A stretch of DNA of 64,000 bases, taken from the NCBI GenBank assembly GCA_963813685.1, contig CAWEZQ010000014.1:556182-620181 (forward strand), read 5' to 3'. The stretch is from an uncultured Solirubrobacteraceae bacterium. GTDB taxonomy: Bacteria; Actinomycetota; Thermoleophilia; Solirubrobacterales; Solirubrobacteraceae. Shown piece by piece: positions 37,368 to 47,707 of the stretch; the stretch's first letter is position 1, and each line of letters opens with the position of its first letter. A program made the position numbers and the translations under genes. The notes beneath the pieces were generated by a model. The model was not told where the DNA came from, searched no databases, and was given only the letters and a program-made list of their open reading frames with translations.

Positions 37368-38882
37368 ATGTCCTCCATCGCTTCTCGTCGGAACAAACGT
37401 TTTCGTGTCGGGGCCGCCGAGCGGCCAGTGAGTCAGCGGACACGCGCCGGGCTAGCGCGCGGTGACGCCTCGTCCGGGCTCGTGTTGCTGATCGTCTGCG
37501 CAGGAGTCGTGCTCGCAAGCCTCGACCTGTTCATCGTCAACGTCGCGCTTCCCCAGATCGGATACGACTTCCATCTACGCGGGGGGGACCTCGGGAACCT
37601 CTCGTGGGTGCTGAACGCCTACGCGATCGTCTATGCCGCCTTCCTCGTACTGTTCGGGCGGCTGGCAGAGCGTTACCGCCGCGAGCGCGCGTTCCTAGTG
37701 GGGGTGGCCACCTTCGTCGCCGCATCCGCGGCCTGCGGAGCTGCAACCAGCCTGCCCATGCTGGTGGTCTTCCGCATCATCCAGGCGGCCGGAGCCGCGC
37801 TGCTGACCCCGACGTCGCTGGGTCTGATCCTCGCGACCTTCGCGCCCGAGCGCCGTCAGGGGGCCGTGCGGACCTGGACCGCCGTCGGTGGTCTGGCCGC
37901 AGCCGCGGGTCCCGTCGTCGGGGGCCTGTTGGTAGCGGCGAGCTGGCGCTGGGTATTCCTGGTCAACGTGCCGGTCGGGCTGCTCGCGCTCGCGGTCGGC
38001 TGGCGCCGTCTGCCCCACGTCGCTGGGCAACCCGTGCCCCTGCCGGGCGCCCTCGGCGCCCTCCTGATCACGGGCGGCGTCGGCTCGCTCGTGCTCGGCC
38101 TCGTCAAGGGCGGAAGCTGGGGCTGGAGCGACACCAGGACCATCGCGACGCTGGCCGCCGGCGCGGTCGCCCTGGCGCTGTTCGCGCTCGACACCGCACG
38201 CAGCCGCAACCCGCTGATCGACCGTGAGCTGTTTCACCTGAAAGCCGTGGTCGGCTCCTCCGCGGTGGCGGTGTTCTTCATGGCCGCCTTCGGAGGCATG
38301 CTGCTCTCGCGCGTGCTCTGGGCGCAAGAGGTCTGGCACTTCTCGCCGCTCAGCACCGGGCTCGCCATCGCTCCCGGGCCGATCATGGTCCCGCTGGTCG
38401 CCTTGCTGCTCGCGGGTCGCCTCATCGCCCGCTACGGCCCGGGCCCCGTGATCGCCGCGGGCTGCGCCATCTTCGCCGCCGGCGTGGCGTGGTGGGCGCT
38501 GGCGATCGGACTCGCGCCGGACTACGCCGGGGAGATGCTCGGCGGGATGCTGCTGACCGGCGTCGGCGTCGGGCTCACGCTGCCGACGTTCACGGCCACG
38601 GGCGCCGCAGCGCTGCCCGCTCACTCGTTCGCCACCGGGTCGGGCGCGATCAACATGATGCGCCAGATCGGCCTGGCGATCGGGATTGCGGTCCTGATCG
38701 CGGTACTGGGGACCCCTCACACGCCGCAAGCGATCCTCGACACCTACGAGCGCGCGTCCTACATCATCGCCGGCCTGGCGCTGATCGCAGGATTGATCGG
38801 GGTCGTGCTGCTCGCGCGGCCCTCCCCGAAGCGGGAAGCGCCACCGGCTGCCGCGCCCGCCCCGGTCGAGGTGACCTCATGA
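37368..38882 (+). CDS. DHA2-type (14-TM) MFS transporter
   Basis: LDLFIVNVALP, SWVLNAY, GRLAERY, WRWVFLVNVPVG; start could be GTG about 60 nt later. Confidence 0.9.
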   Translation: MSSIASRRNKRFRVGAAERPVSQRTRAGLARGDASSGLVLLIVCAGVVLASLDLFIVNVALPQIGYDFHLRGGDLGNLSWVLNAYAIVYAAFLVLFGRLAERYRRERAFLVGVATFVAASAACGAATSLPMLVVFRIIQAAGAALLTPTSLGLILATFAPERRQGAVRTWTAVGGLAAAAGPVVGGLLVAASWRWVFLVNVPVGLLALAVGWRRLPHVAGQPVPLPGALGALLITGGVGSLVLGLVKGGSWGWSDTRTIATLAAGAVALALFALDTARSRNPLIDRELFHLKAVVGSSAVAVFFMAAFGGMLLSRVLWAQEVWHFSPLSTGLAIAPGPIMVPLVALLLAGRLIARYGPGPVIAAGCAIFAAGVAWWALAIGLAPDYAGEMLGGMLLTGVGVGLTLPTFTATGAAALPAHSFATGSGAINMMRQIGLAIGIAVLIAVLGTPHTPQAILDTYERASYIIAGLALIAGLIGVVLLARPSPKREAPPAAAPAPVEVTS

Positions 38883-39418
38883 GCACCGCCATGCAACAGA
38901 GCGCGTTCACGGCCAATGGCTGGGGCGTCCCGCGCACGCGCGAGCTCACCTGGTATGACCCGGCGATCCCGGCGACCGCGGCCGCAAGGCTGCCCGGCCG
39001 CGAGTTTCTCCAGGCGATCGCCGACGGGCGGCTGCCACCACCGCCGATGGCCAGCCTGCTCGGCGCCGAGCTGGTGCGCGTCGGCGACGGCGAGGCGGTG
39101 TTCCGGATCACGCCCGACGAGTCGACCTACAACCCGAACGGCATGGTGCACGGCGGGCTGCTGTGCACGATGCTCGACTCGGCCGCCGGCTGCGCCGTGC
39201 AGACGCTGCTGCCCGCCGGCGCCGGCTACGGAACTATCGAGATCAAGGTCAGCTTCCTGCGGCCGCTGTATGCCGACGGCGGCCCGATCGAGGTGCACGG
39301 GCAGGTCCTGCGGGCGGGCAGCCGCATCGCCTTCGCCGAGGCCCACGCCCGTAACGCAGCCGGCGAGCTGGTCGGCCACGCCACCACATCGATCGCGCCG
39401 ACGCGAGCCGAGAGCTGA
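38879..39418 (+). CDS. PaaI family thioesterase
   Basis: NPNGMVHGGLLCTMLDSAAGCA hotdog-fold motif. Confidence 0.9.
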   Translation: MSTAMQQSAFTANGWGVPRTRELTWYDPAIPATAAARLPGREFLQAIADGRLPPPPMASLLGAELVRVGDGEAVFRITPDESTYNPNGMVHGGLLCTMLDSAAGCAVQTLLPAGAGYGTIEIKVSFLRPLYADGGPIEVHGQVLRAGSRIAFAEAHARNAAGELVGHATTSIAPTRAES

Positions 39419-39475
39419 TTCGACAGCTGAAAAGCAGCATCCCCATGAACCAATCAAGGAAAGGAACTCAAACTC

Positions 39476-40174
39476 ATGGACTTGCATGATTCAGTCGCCC
39501 TGGTCACAGGCTCCAACCGCGGGCTCGGCCGTGAGTTCGCCGCGCAGCTGCTCGAGCGCGGCGCTAAGAAGGTGTACGCCACTGCGCGCGACCCCGAGAG
39601 CGTTCAGATTCCGGGCGTCACTCCGCTCCGCCTCGACATCACCGACCCAGACTCCGTCGCCGGAGCGGCCGCAAGTGCCGGCGACGCCACGTTAATCATC
39701 AACAACGCCGGCATATCGACCGGCACAGGGCTGATGGACGGCGACCTGGCCCAGATCGAGCTGGAGATGCAGACGAACTTCCACGGCCCGCTCCGCGTCA
39801 CGCGCGCCTTCGCTCCGATCCTGGAGTCCAACGGCGGCGGGGCGATCCTCAACGTCCTATCGGTGCTGTCGTGGCTGCACTTCCCCACCGCCGGTGCCTA
39901 CAGCGCCTCGAAGGCCGCCGCGTGGGCCATGACGGATGCCACTCGCCAGGAGCTCGCGCCCCGCGGCACCCACGTCGCGGCGCTGCATGTTGCCTACATG
40001 GACACGGACATGGCAGCCCACATCGATGCCCCCAAGGCCAACCCGGCTGACGTCGCCGCGCTGGCGCTGGACGGCATTGAGACCGACCTCACCGAGATCC
40101 TGGCCGACGATGTGACCCGCAACGTCAAGCAGGGCCTCTCGGCCCCACCGGCCAGGCCCGTCGTCGTCGCCTGA
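39476..40174 (+). CDS. SDR family oxidoreductase
   Basis: TGSNRGLG, INNAG, YSASK. Confidence 0.92.
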   Translation: MDLHDSVALVTGSNRGLGREFAAQLLERGAKKVYATARDPESVQIPGVTPLRLDITDPDSVAGAAASAGDATLIINNAGISTGTGLMDGDLAQIELEMQTNFHGPLRVTRAFAPILESNGGGAILNVLSVLSWLHFPTAGAYSASKAAAWAMTDATRQELAPRGTHVAALHVAYMDTDMAAHIDAPKANPADVAALALDGIETDLTEILADDVTRNVKQGLSAPPARPVVVA

Positions 40175-40464
40175 ACGAGGAGCGACATCGTGACCAATAA
40201 GCACGCCAACTGGCCACCCTGCATCCGCGGCCCCACAGGCATCTTGGAGCCGGCACAGGCCGTCTCGGAAAGCGCGGAGAGCGGAGACGTACTCCAACCG
40301 CGAACGCAAGGTGATCTACGGCCATCGGGATGACAACGAGCTAGGGTCCGGCGGCGCGCCGCGCGTGAGACGGGTTCATAGCGCCCGGGTCACGGCGGGG
40401 CAATGAATCCGATGCGCCCGTTGGTGACCGATTAGTTCGGCGCCCGGGGGCGGTCTGAAGTCGC

Positions 40465-40968
40465 ATGGAGACCAAGAACCTCGACATCTACGGTCATGCG
40501 CCGATCCCGTGGACCCGCGCCCGCGACGCCTTGGCGGCGAGCCACGGCCCTGGATTTACGTTCTTCCTCGGCACTGTGCGCCCGGACGCGACGCCGCACG
40601 CCGCGGGGGTAGGCGCGGTCTGGGCGGACGACACACTGTGGTTCGTGACCGGCCCTCGGACGCGCAAGGCGCGCAATCTCGCCGCCAACCCCGCCTGCAC
40701 GATCGCGTCCCGGCTGGCTGGGATCGACGTCGTGCTCGAAGGCCACGCCGAGCGAGTCACCGACGCCAGGACGCTCGAGCGGCTCGCCGCCTCCTACCGC
40801 GAGGCCGGCTGGCCGGCGGAGGTTGAAGGCGACGCATTCGCAGCGCCCTACAGCGCGCCGAGCGCCGGGCCGCCACCGTGGCACCTACACCGTTTCGTGT
40901 TCCACACCGCGTTCGGCGTCGCTACCACCGAGCCGCACGGGGCTTCGCGCTGGCGGTTCGATACCTAG
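40465..40968 (+). CDS. Pyridoxamine 5'-phosphate oxidase-like (split barrel) protein
   Basis: LGTVRPDATPH, KARNLAANPAC, VVLEGHA. Confidence 0.8.
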   Translation: METKNLDIYGHAPIPWTRARDALAASHGPGFTFFLGTVRPDATPHAAGVGAVWADDTLWFVTGPRTRKARNLAANPACTIASRLAGIDVVLEGHAERVTDARTLERLAASYREAGWPAEVEGDAFAAPYSAPSAGPPPWHLHRFVFHTAFGVATTEPHGASRWRFDT

Positions 40969-41101
40969 CAATCGATTGGCGGGGCGCAGGCAGCGGGACA
41001 CCGGTGGGGGGTTCCTGGTTTGCGCGCGGAAAGCGGGGCGCGGCCGTCACCTCCATTGGCTTCTGTGGCTCTTGAGTGCACTCGTTGGGGCTGTGGCGTG
41101 T

Positions 41102-41872
41102 TCAAGCGGCGCGCGGTGACCACTGGAATGTGCGCGTGGCGATCAGCAGCGCGGCTAGACCCCAGCCGGCGACGATGAGCATATCGATGCCTGCGATACC
41201 CGTTCCGTGCGTGTGGGTGATCGGCGTCACGAGCGCCTTTGAGAGGTGGTGGATCGGGAAGACGGTCGCGATGTCGCGCAGGAACGTGGGGATCTGGCTT
41301 TCGGCGACGAACACGCCGGAGATGAAGTACAGCGGCAGCACGATCAGGTTCGTGGTGGGGGCGGCGGCGTCGGCGTTGCCGATGCGGGTCGCGACGGCGA
41401 ACGCGATGCACGAGAACGAGGCCGCGCCGATGATCACGGCCATGATCAGCCCGACGATCGTGGAGTGGGGGATGCGAACGTTGTAGGCGAGCTTGCCGAT
41501 CGCCAGCAACAGCGTCGACATCACGATCGCGATGACCACGCTGACGGCGGCGCGACTCGAGATCACGTAGCCCGTCGGCAGCGGGGTGCCGCGTAGTCGC
41601 TTGAGCTCACCGCTCTCGCGCTGGGTCACGATCGTGATAGTGAGGTTGACGAATGTCGCTGAGATGATCCCCAGCGTCATGATCCCCGGCACGTAGAAGG
41701 TGGTGATGCCGATGCGCTTGCCGGCGATGACCGTGGTGCCTTTGAAGAGCGTCGCGAAGATCAGCAGGAAGATGATCGGCATCAGGATCGTGAACACCCG
41801 CGATTGAGGGTTGCGCCAGAACCGCCGCAGGTCGGTTTGGAACTGATGAGCGAACAGGCGCAGGTCGTTCAT
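41102..41872 (-). CDS. ABC-2 type permease
   Basis: FWRNPQS...PIIFLLIF, RESGELKRLRGTPLP, FISGVF. Confidence 0.9.
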   Translation of the reverse strand: MNDLRLFAHQFQTDLRRFWRNPQSRVFTILMPIIFLLIFATLFKGTTVIAGKRIGITTFYVPGIMTLGIISATFVNLTITIVTQRESGELKRLRGTPLPTGYVISSRAAVSVVIAIVMSTLLLAIGKLAYNVRIPHSTIVGLIMAVIIGAASFSCIAFAVATRIGNADAAAPTTNLIVLPLYFISGVFVAESQIPTFLRDIATVFPIHHLSKALVTPITHTHGTGIAGIDMLIVAGWGLAALLIATRTFQWSPRAA

Positions 41873-42843
41873 GGCTGCGCGGCGTCGTCGTCGATCAGCT
41901 TGAGGTAGATGTCCTCGAGCGTCGGGCGTCCGACGGTCAAATCGCCGAGGCTCTGCTCGTGCTCGACAGCCCACCCCGCGAGCGCGTACAGCGACCGGGC
42001 CGGGTCGGGCGCGCTGATCTCGATCCGGCCGTCGCGTTGGCGCGCGACTGCCGCCAACTCGCTCGGCAGGTCGGAGACGGCGCTCCCCGCCGGCAGCGCA
42101 AACGAGATAACGCTGAGAGCCCGATCGCGTCCGCCGAGGGTCGCGGGTGTGCCCTGCGCGACGATTTCGCCCGCGGCGATGACGGCCACCCGATCCGCAA
42201 GCGCCTGCGCCTCGTCCATGTAGTGCGTGGTCAGGAAGATCGTCTTGCCGAGCTCGCGCAGGTTTGCGATCACCTCCCACGCGTGGTGGCGCGCCGAGGG
42301 ATCGAACCCGGTCGTCGGCTCATCCAGAAACACGAGTTCAGGGTCGCCGATCAGCGCCAGCGCCACGTCCAGGCGGCGCAGCTGCCCGCCGGAGAGCTGC
42401 CCCGTGCGCGCCTCGCGCTTGTCCGCCAGACCGACGAGATCGATCGTCTCCGCCGCGGAACGCGGACGCGGGTAGTAGCCGGCGTACAGCTCGACCAGCT
42501 CGCGGACCGTCAGCTCCGCCGGCATCGTGCACGACTGCAACACCAGACCGATCCGCGAGCGCCAGCGGCGATCAGCCGCCGCGGGATCCTTGCCAAGCAC
42601 ACTCACGACACCTCCGTCGCGCGGCCGGTACCCCTCCAGGATCTCGACGGTTGTCGTCTTGCCCGCCCCGTTGGGGCCGAGAAACGCGAACACTTCGCCG
42701 TGACGAACGTCGAGGTCGATCCCCCGCACCACCTCATGCTCGCCATAGGACTTGCGCAGACCACGAACACCAATGACCGAATCACCACCAGCCACCGCGT
42801 CAGCCGCCGCAGATTCCACTCGGGCAACCGAACGTGTCGTCAT
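41869..42843 (-). CDS. ABC transporter ATP-binding protein
   Basis: GPNGAGKTT, LSGGQ, FLDEPTTG, TTHYM. Confidence 0.93.
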   Translation of the reverse strand: MTTRSVARVESAAADAVAGGDSVIGVRGLRKSYGEHEVVRGIDLDVRHGEVFAFLGPNGAGKTTTVEILEGYRPRDGGVVSVLGKDPAAADRRWRSRIGLVLQSCTMPAELTVRELVELYAGYYPRPRSAAETIDLVGLADKREARTGQLSGGQLRRLDVALALIGDPELVFLDEPTTGFDPSARHHAWEVIANLRELGKTIFLTTHYMDEAQALADRVAVIAAGEIVAQGTPATLGGRDRALSVISFALPAGSAVSDLPSELAAVARQRDGRIEISAPDPARSLYALAGWAVEHEQSLGDLTVGRPTLEDIYLKLIDDDAAQP

Positions 42844-43022
42844 CCGCGCAAACGCTAGCCCAGGAGAGCCTCGGTGCCAACGGGAGAAGCCGCCCAGCCC
42901 TTCCGCGGGAACTACGTAGGATCCGCCCTGAGGGTGGGGCCAGAATCCGGCCGCTGCCGTGACGCTTCCATCACGCCCGAGATGGCTGATCGAGGGGGCG
43001 TCGAAATGGCTCTACCGAGCCA

Positions 43023-43095
<73 letters not shown>

Positions 43096-43177
43096 GCGAA
43101 CGAGACCGCACTGTAGCGCGCGGCCGGGCGCCGCGCCCGCGATTTCCCGCCCGCGGACGGCTGTGCGAGCGCGGCCT

Positions 43178-43405
43178 CTAGCTGATGCCCTCGAGCAGCT
43201 CGGACACCGAGGAGAGCTGCAGCCCGCGCGAGAGGATCACGAGCGTCTCGAGGCGCGGCGAGCGCTTGCAGCGCTCGAGCAGGCTGATCTCAGTGCGGTG
43301 CAGGTTGCAGATCTCCGCGAGCGCCTCCTGGGAGAGGCCGGCGCGTTTTCGCTGGCGGCGCAGGTTGGCCGCGAACTGGGCGCGCGACTCCTCCACGAAG
43401 GCCAC
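43178..43405 (-). CDS. XRE family HTH protein
   Basis: NLRRQRKRAGLSQEALAEICNLHRTEISLLERCKRSPRLETL. Confidence 0.85.
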   Translation of the reverse strand: MAFVEESRAQFAANLRRQRKRAGLSQEALAEICNLHRTEISLLERCKRSPRLETLVILSRGLQLSSVSELLEGIS

Positions 43406-43442
43406 GCTCGCCCCGTTCAGGCCGCGCTGCGGCGGGCAGCGG

Positions 43443-43877
43443 TCATGGCTCGTCGGCGGGCGTGACGGTGGTCACGGGCACGCCCATCCCCGAGACCTTG
43501 CTGGGCAGGTCGAGGTGCAGCCAGCGCGAGAGGCGCGGCGAGAGCGTGGAGATGATCACCTCGTCGAAGCCGCGCAGGTTGAGCGCGTCCTGGATCGCGG
43601 CGGCCGGGTCGGCGTCGCCGATTATGCCCTCGACCTGCGAGCCCGCGGCTTCGCTGAGCTTGGGCAGCGCGTCGTTGAGCACCGCGCGTCCCTCCTCGGC
43701 GCCGATGTCCTCGGGGTTGATCACGCGGTTGAGGCCGTGCGCGGGGTTGGGCACGAGCAGCGTGAACGTGCTTGGCGAGCGCTGCGCGCGCTCGCGCACG
43801 GCGTCCATCAGCGGCTGGGTGGCAGCGGTTTTGTGTGCGACAACCAGCACCCGGCTCGGCGCCTGCGAGGACTCCAT
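43443..43877 (-). CDS. Hypothetical protein (USP-like alpha/beta fold)
   Basis: RBS AAGGAGGTG; RVLVVAHKTA, FDEVIISTL...SRWLHLDLP. Confidence 0.75.
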   Translation of the reverse strand: MESSQAPSRVLVVAHKTAATQPLMDAVRERAQRSPSTFTLLVPNPAHGLNRVINPEDIGAEEGRAVLNDALPKLSEAAGSQVEGIIGDADPAAAIQDALNLRGFDEVIISTLSPRLSRWLHLDLPSKVSGMGVPVTTVTPADEP

Positions 43878-43995
43878 CGACCACACCTCCTTGGACTCGG
43901 TGCGATGCGCCCGCCGACCGCCCCGCGGGCGCGCGTGTGCTCTTCTTCTACCGCAAACCGCGGTGCGTGTCACCGGCAATCGTCGCTTGGCCGCG

Positions 43996-44787
43996 CTACG
44001 CGGAGCGTTCGGCGCTGCGCAGCCCGCCGAGGAGCCACGCGCCGAACAGCACGATCAGGCCCAGCGCGCATGCGAAAGCGAGCAGCGTGTGGTCGTGCGC
44101 GCCGGAGATCAGGCCGCGGCCGGCCTCGAGGAAGGCGGTGGCGGGGTTGATGCTCGCGACCCCGTGGATCCACCCTTTGAGCAGCGACAGGGGCACGTAC
44201 ACGGGCGCGAGGAACAGGATCAGGAAGACGGGCGTCTGCATCAGCGGGCCGGCCTGGATCGAGCGGAAGCGGAAGGCCACGCCGCCGGCCCAGCCGAAGC
44301 CCACGAGCACGAGCAGCGCGGCGAGGGCGTACATCCCGAACACGTCCACGCCGTTGCCGGTGATGCGCATGCCGGTGGCGACAGCCACGAGCGTGACGAC
44401 CGTGAGCGTGATGGCGGCGCGCGAGAGCGCGACGAGCGCGTAGCCGACGGCGATGCCGCGGCGGTCCTCGGCGGCGAGCATCAGCCGCCGCGAGAAGCCG
44501 CTCTCGAAGTCGAACGCGAGCGAGAAGCCGGTGAACAGCCCACTGAACATGGCGGACTGGCACAGCACGAACACGAACTGGAACGCGGTGTAGCCGGCTG
44601 GGAAGTGGAAGCCGGGCACCGAGCCGAGCGCGGACAGGCCGCCGGCGAAGCTCGCGAGGAACACGAGCGGGAAGATCAGCGAGGGCACGAACAGGTCGGG
44701 CCGGCGCACGTAGGTGTGGATGCTGCGCCACGCGATCGTGCGCGCGACGCGCCACAGCCCCGCGTGGCTGTCGGCGGTGGGGCTCAT
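43996..44787 (-). CDS. ABC-2 type permease
   Basis: DFESGFSRRLM, FLAPVYVP, NPATAFLEAGR. Confidence 0.88.
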   Translation of the reverse strand: MSPTADSHAGLWRVARTIAWRSIHTYVRRPDLFVPSLIFPLVFLASFAGGLSALGSVPGFHFPAGYTAFQFVFVLCQSAMFSGLFTGFSLAFDFESGFSRRLMLAAEDRRGIAVGYALVALSRAAITLTVVTLVAVATGMRITGNGVDVFGMYALAALLVLVGFGWAGGVAFRFRSIQAGPLMQTPVFLILFLAPVYVPLSLLKGWIHGVASINPATAFLEAGRGLISGAHDHTLLAFACALGLIVLFGAWLLGGLRSAERSA

Positions 44788-45560
44788 GTGCGCTGCAGCC
44801 TCGTGCGCAGGGCGCCGGCGACGGCGAGCAGCGCGACGGCGCCGAGGCCGCAGGCGACGGCGAAGCCGCGCCACAGCGAGGTGCCGTCCCAGCCGGTGAT
44901 GAACAGGCTTCGGAACGCCTCGATCAAATAGGAGATCGGGTTCCAGGTGGCCACGGTGTGAAACCAGCCGGTGCGCAGCAGCTGCCGCGGCAGGTTGCTG
45001 GAGGACAGGAAGATGAATACGAAGAACAGCGGGAACAGGCCCTGCACGGCCTCGCCGGAGCCTGTGCGCAGGGCGGCGGCGCAGCCGAGCGCGCCGAAGG
45101 CCATCGCGGCGAGCGCGCTAAGCACGAGGATCACGCCGGCGCCGCCCACGCCCGCATACAGGTGCGCGCCGGCGATCAGCCCGATCAGGATGTACACGCC
45201 GGCCTGCAGCGCGCCGAGCGCGCCGACACCCACGAGCAGCCCCGCGATCAGCGCGACGCGGCGCAGCGGCGTGAGCGCGAGCCGGTTGAAGAAGCCGCTC
45301 TCGATGTCCTCGGCGAGGTTGGTGCCGGTGTTGACGAGCGAGAACATGCCTCCCTGGATGAACGCGACGGCGATCGCGAAGGACACGTAGGAGTGGGTGG
45401 GGAAGCCGGGCAGGCGGGTGGCGGCGCGCAGGCCGCTGGCGTTGACCGCGAGCAGGATCGCCGGGAAGAAGATGATCGGGAACAGCTGGAAGGGCTGGCG
45501 CAGCGTCTTGCGCATGGAGCGCCGCGCGAGCACCGTGACCTGCGTGCCGAGGACGCCCAT
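44784..45560 (-). CDS. ABC-2 type permease
   Basis: DIESGFFNRLALTP, WNPISYLIEAFR. Confidence 0.88.
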   Translation of the reverse strand: MGVLGTQVTVLARRSMRKTLRQPFQLFPIIFFPAILLAVNASGLRAATRLPGFPTHSYVSFAIAVAFIQGGMFSLVNTGTNLAEDIESGFFNRLALTPLRRVALIAGLLVGVGALGALQAGVYILIGLIAGAHLYAGVGGAGVILVLSALAAMAFGALGCAAALRTGSGEAVQGLFPLFFVFIFLSSSNLPRQLLRTGWFHTVATWNPISYLIEAFRSLFITGWDGTSLWRGFAVACGLGAVALLAVAGALRTRLQRT

Positions 45561-46606
45561 CAGCGCTGCGCGGCCTCGGCGCCCGCCTCGCGCGCCGGCT
45601 GCGCCCCGTCCTCGCCGGGCGAGGCTGGGCGCTCGCCCTCGTCGGCGGCCCCCTCGAGCGAGCGGCCGGTCTTGGCGAGGAACACGTCGTCGAGCGTGGG
45701 CGCGTGCAGGCGCAGATCGGCGATGCGCAGCCCGTCGCTGTCGAGCGCGCGGATGATGTCGGCGAGGTCCGACACCCCCTCGGGCAGCCGCACGGCGACG
45801 CCGTTGGCCGACGCGGCCGCCTGCTCGCCGAAGCGCGCCAGCACCTCGGCGAGGCGCTCGGCCTGGCCGGGGTCCTCGGGGATCGCCTCGACGCTGGGGC
45901 GCCCGATCGACGCCTTCAGCTCCGCGGGCGTGCCCTCGGCGACGATGCGGCCGCGGTCGATGATGCCGACGCGGTCGGCGAGCACGTCGGCCTCCTCGAG
46001 GTACTGGGTGGTGAGGAAAACGGTGACGCCGTCGTCGGCGAGGCGACGCACCTCATCCCACAGCGCGGCGCGGCTCTGCGGGTCGAGACCGGTTGTGGGC
46101 TCGTCGAGGAACAGCAGGCGCGGGCGGTGCACGAGCGCGAGACCGAGGTCGAGGCGGCGCTTCATGCCGCCCGAGTAGCCACCCACCTTGCGGTCGGCCG
46201 CGTCGGTGAGCCCGACGCGCTCGAGCAGTTCGGCGCCGCGCTTCTCGTAGTCGGCCTTCGTGAGCCCGTGCAGCGCGCTCTGCAGCCGCATGTGCTCGCG
46301 GCCGGTGAGGAACGGGTCGAGCGCGGACTCCTGAAGGGAGGCGCCGATCGCGCGGCGCACCGCGGCTCCCTGGTGCACCACGTCGAGCCCCGCCACGCGG
46401 GCGTGGCCGGAGGTGGGGGGGAGCAGCGTGGTGAGCACCAGCACGGTGGTCGACTTGCCTGCGCCGTTGGGGCCGAGGAAGCCGTAGATCTCGCCGGGCG
46501 CGACGCGCAGGTCGATGCCGTCCACCGCGCGCACGCCGCCCTTGAAGTCGCGCACCAGCGCGTCTACCTCGATGCCGTTCTCGTGGATGTCGACGTGCTC
46601 GCTCAC
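45560..46606 (-). CDS. ABC exporter ATP-binding protein (DrrA-like)
   Basis: GPNGAGKST, YSGGMKRRLDL, LDEPTTGLD, TTQYLEEAD. Confidence 0.93.
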   Translation of the reverse strand: MSEHVDIHENGIEVDALVRDFKGGVRAVDGIDLRVAPGEIYGFLGPNGAGKSTTVLVLTTLLPPTSGHARVAGLDVVHQGAAVRRAIGASLQESALDPFLTGREHMRLQSALHGLTKADYEKRGAELLERVGLTDAADRKVGGYSGGMKRRLDLGLALVHRPRLLFLDEPTTGLDPQSRAALWDEVRRLADDGVTVFLTTQYLEEADVLADRVGIIDRGRIVAEGTPAELKASIGRPSVEAIPEDPGQAERLAEVLARFGEQAAASANGVAVRLPEGVSDLADIIRALDSDGLRIADLRLHAPTLDDVFLAKTGRSLEGAADEGERPASPGEDGAQPAREAGAEAAQR

Positions 46607-46693
46607 CGTTCTCCGTCCGTGCCAGGAAGATAGTTTCGGCTGGAATATTTTATATCAGGAATGATTGCGCGCCGCTATGATCTGAGCGTGGAT

Positions 46694-47233
46694 ATGAGCA
46701 GCCAGGCGAGCGCTCTTCCGGATGTAGACGAACGGGGTGAGCGAAGCTCATCGCCCGCGAGTGAGTTCCGCCCGTTCGCGGGCGTTGGCTTCACGCTGTC
46801 GAGCCTGGGCTTCGCGGTCTCGCGCCGCTTCCGCCAGACGCTCGCGCCGCTGACGCTGGAGCCGCGCGAGTTTGCGCTGCTGCGCGCTGTGCTCGACGCG
46901 GAGGGCGAGTCGCAGAACTGGATCGCCGAGCGGCTGCAGATCCCGCCGTCGCGGATGGTGGCGGTGGTGGACGCGCTGGAGCAGCGCGGCCTGTTGGAAC
47001 GGCGCCAGAACCCCACGGACAGGCGCGCCCGCGCGCTGTACCTGACGCAGCCGGGCCGCGAGCTGCTGGGGGAGGCGATGTCGCTGGCGCTCGAGTACGA
47101 GCGCGGGCTCGCGGCAGAGCTGAGCGCGGCGGAGCGCGAGCAGCTGCTCGACATGCTGTCGCGTGTGGCCGCCGCGATCGACCTTCCGCCGGGTGTGCAT
47201 GACGCGCACCGCCACCTCGGCGAGGCGTGCTGA
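46694..47233 (+). CDS. MarR family transcriptional regulator, divergent from the ABC operon
   Basis: VDALEQRGLLERRQNPTDRRARALYLT; AT-rich intergenic segment 46630-46680. Confidence 0.9.
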   Translation: MSSQASALPDVDERGERSSSPASEFRPFAGVGFTLSSLGFAVSRRFRQTLAPLTLEPREFALLRAVLDAEGESQNWIAERLQIPPSRMVAVVDALEQRGLLERRQNPTDRRARALYLTQPGRELLGEAMSLALEYERGLAAELSAAEREQLLDMLSRVAAAIDLPPGVHDAHRHLGEAC

Positions 47234-47246
47234 GCGCGCGCGGCGG

Positions 47247-47666
47247 TCAGGCGGGGCTCAGGACGACCAGCGGGATCGGCCGCTCGGTTTGCGACTGGTA
47301 CGCGTCGTAGCGGCCGTGGTTGTTGTCGTTTACGAGGCGCCACAGCCGGTCGTAGTCGCCTTCGCCGGGTGCCAGCACGCGTGCCACGCCGGCGCTGCGC
47401 TTGCGGCCGACCTGGACGTCGACATCGGGCTTCGCCTGCACGTTGTAGAGCCATCCGGGCGCGCTGTCCTGGCCGCCGTTGGACGCCACCACCACGTAGT
47501 CGGCGCCGTCCTTCGCGTATACGAGCGCGTTGGTGCGCGTCGCGCCGCTGCGCCGGCCGGTGGTGCGCAGCAGCAGGGTGGGCACCATCAGGATGCGGTG
47601 GCCGACGAGGCCGCCGGTGCCCTCGTATACCGCCTGGTGCACCTTGAGGATCTGGCTCAACGCCAT
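47247..47666 (-). CDS. Deazaflavin-dependent nitroreductase (Ddn) family protein
   Basis: LLLRTTGRRSG, VVVASNGG...PGWLYN, YQSQTERPIPLVVL. Confidence 0.9.
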   Translation of the reverse strand: MALSQILKVHQAVYEGTGGLVGHRILMVPTLLLRTTGRRSGATRTNALVYAKDGADYVVVASNGGQDSAPGWLYNVQAKPDVDVQVGRKRSAGVARVLAPGEGDYDRLWRLVNDNNHGRYDAYQSQTERPIPLVVLSPA

Positions 47667-47707
47667 GCGGCGCAAGCATACCGCTGGCCCCTGGAGTGCC
47701 GCGGGCG

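Larger units (their letters stand above)
36721..43021. mobile_element. About 6.3-kb genomic islet integrated at tRNA-Thr; no integrase visible
   Basis: Bounded by the intact tRNA-Thr and the direct repeat of its 3' half, which starts in the anticodon loop. Confidence 0.7.

Noticed and set aside
40189-40332. Short ORF with GAGGAG RBS after the SDR gene
   Set aside because: Under 50 codons with poor codon bias and no recognisable motif; may be a degraded gene start but cannot be supported
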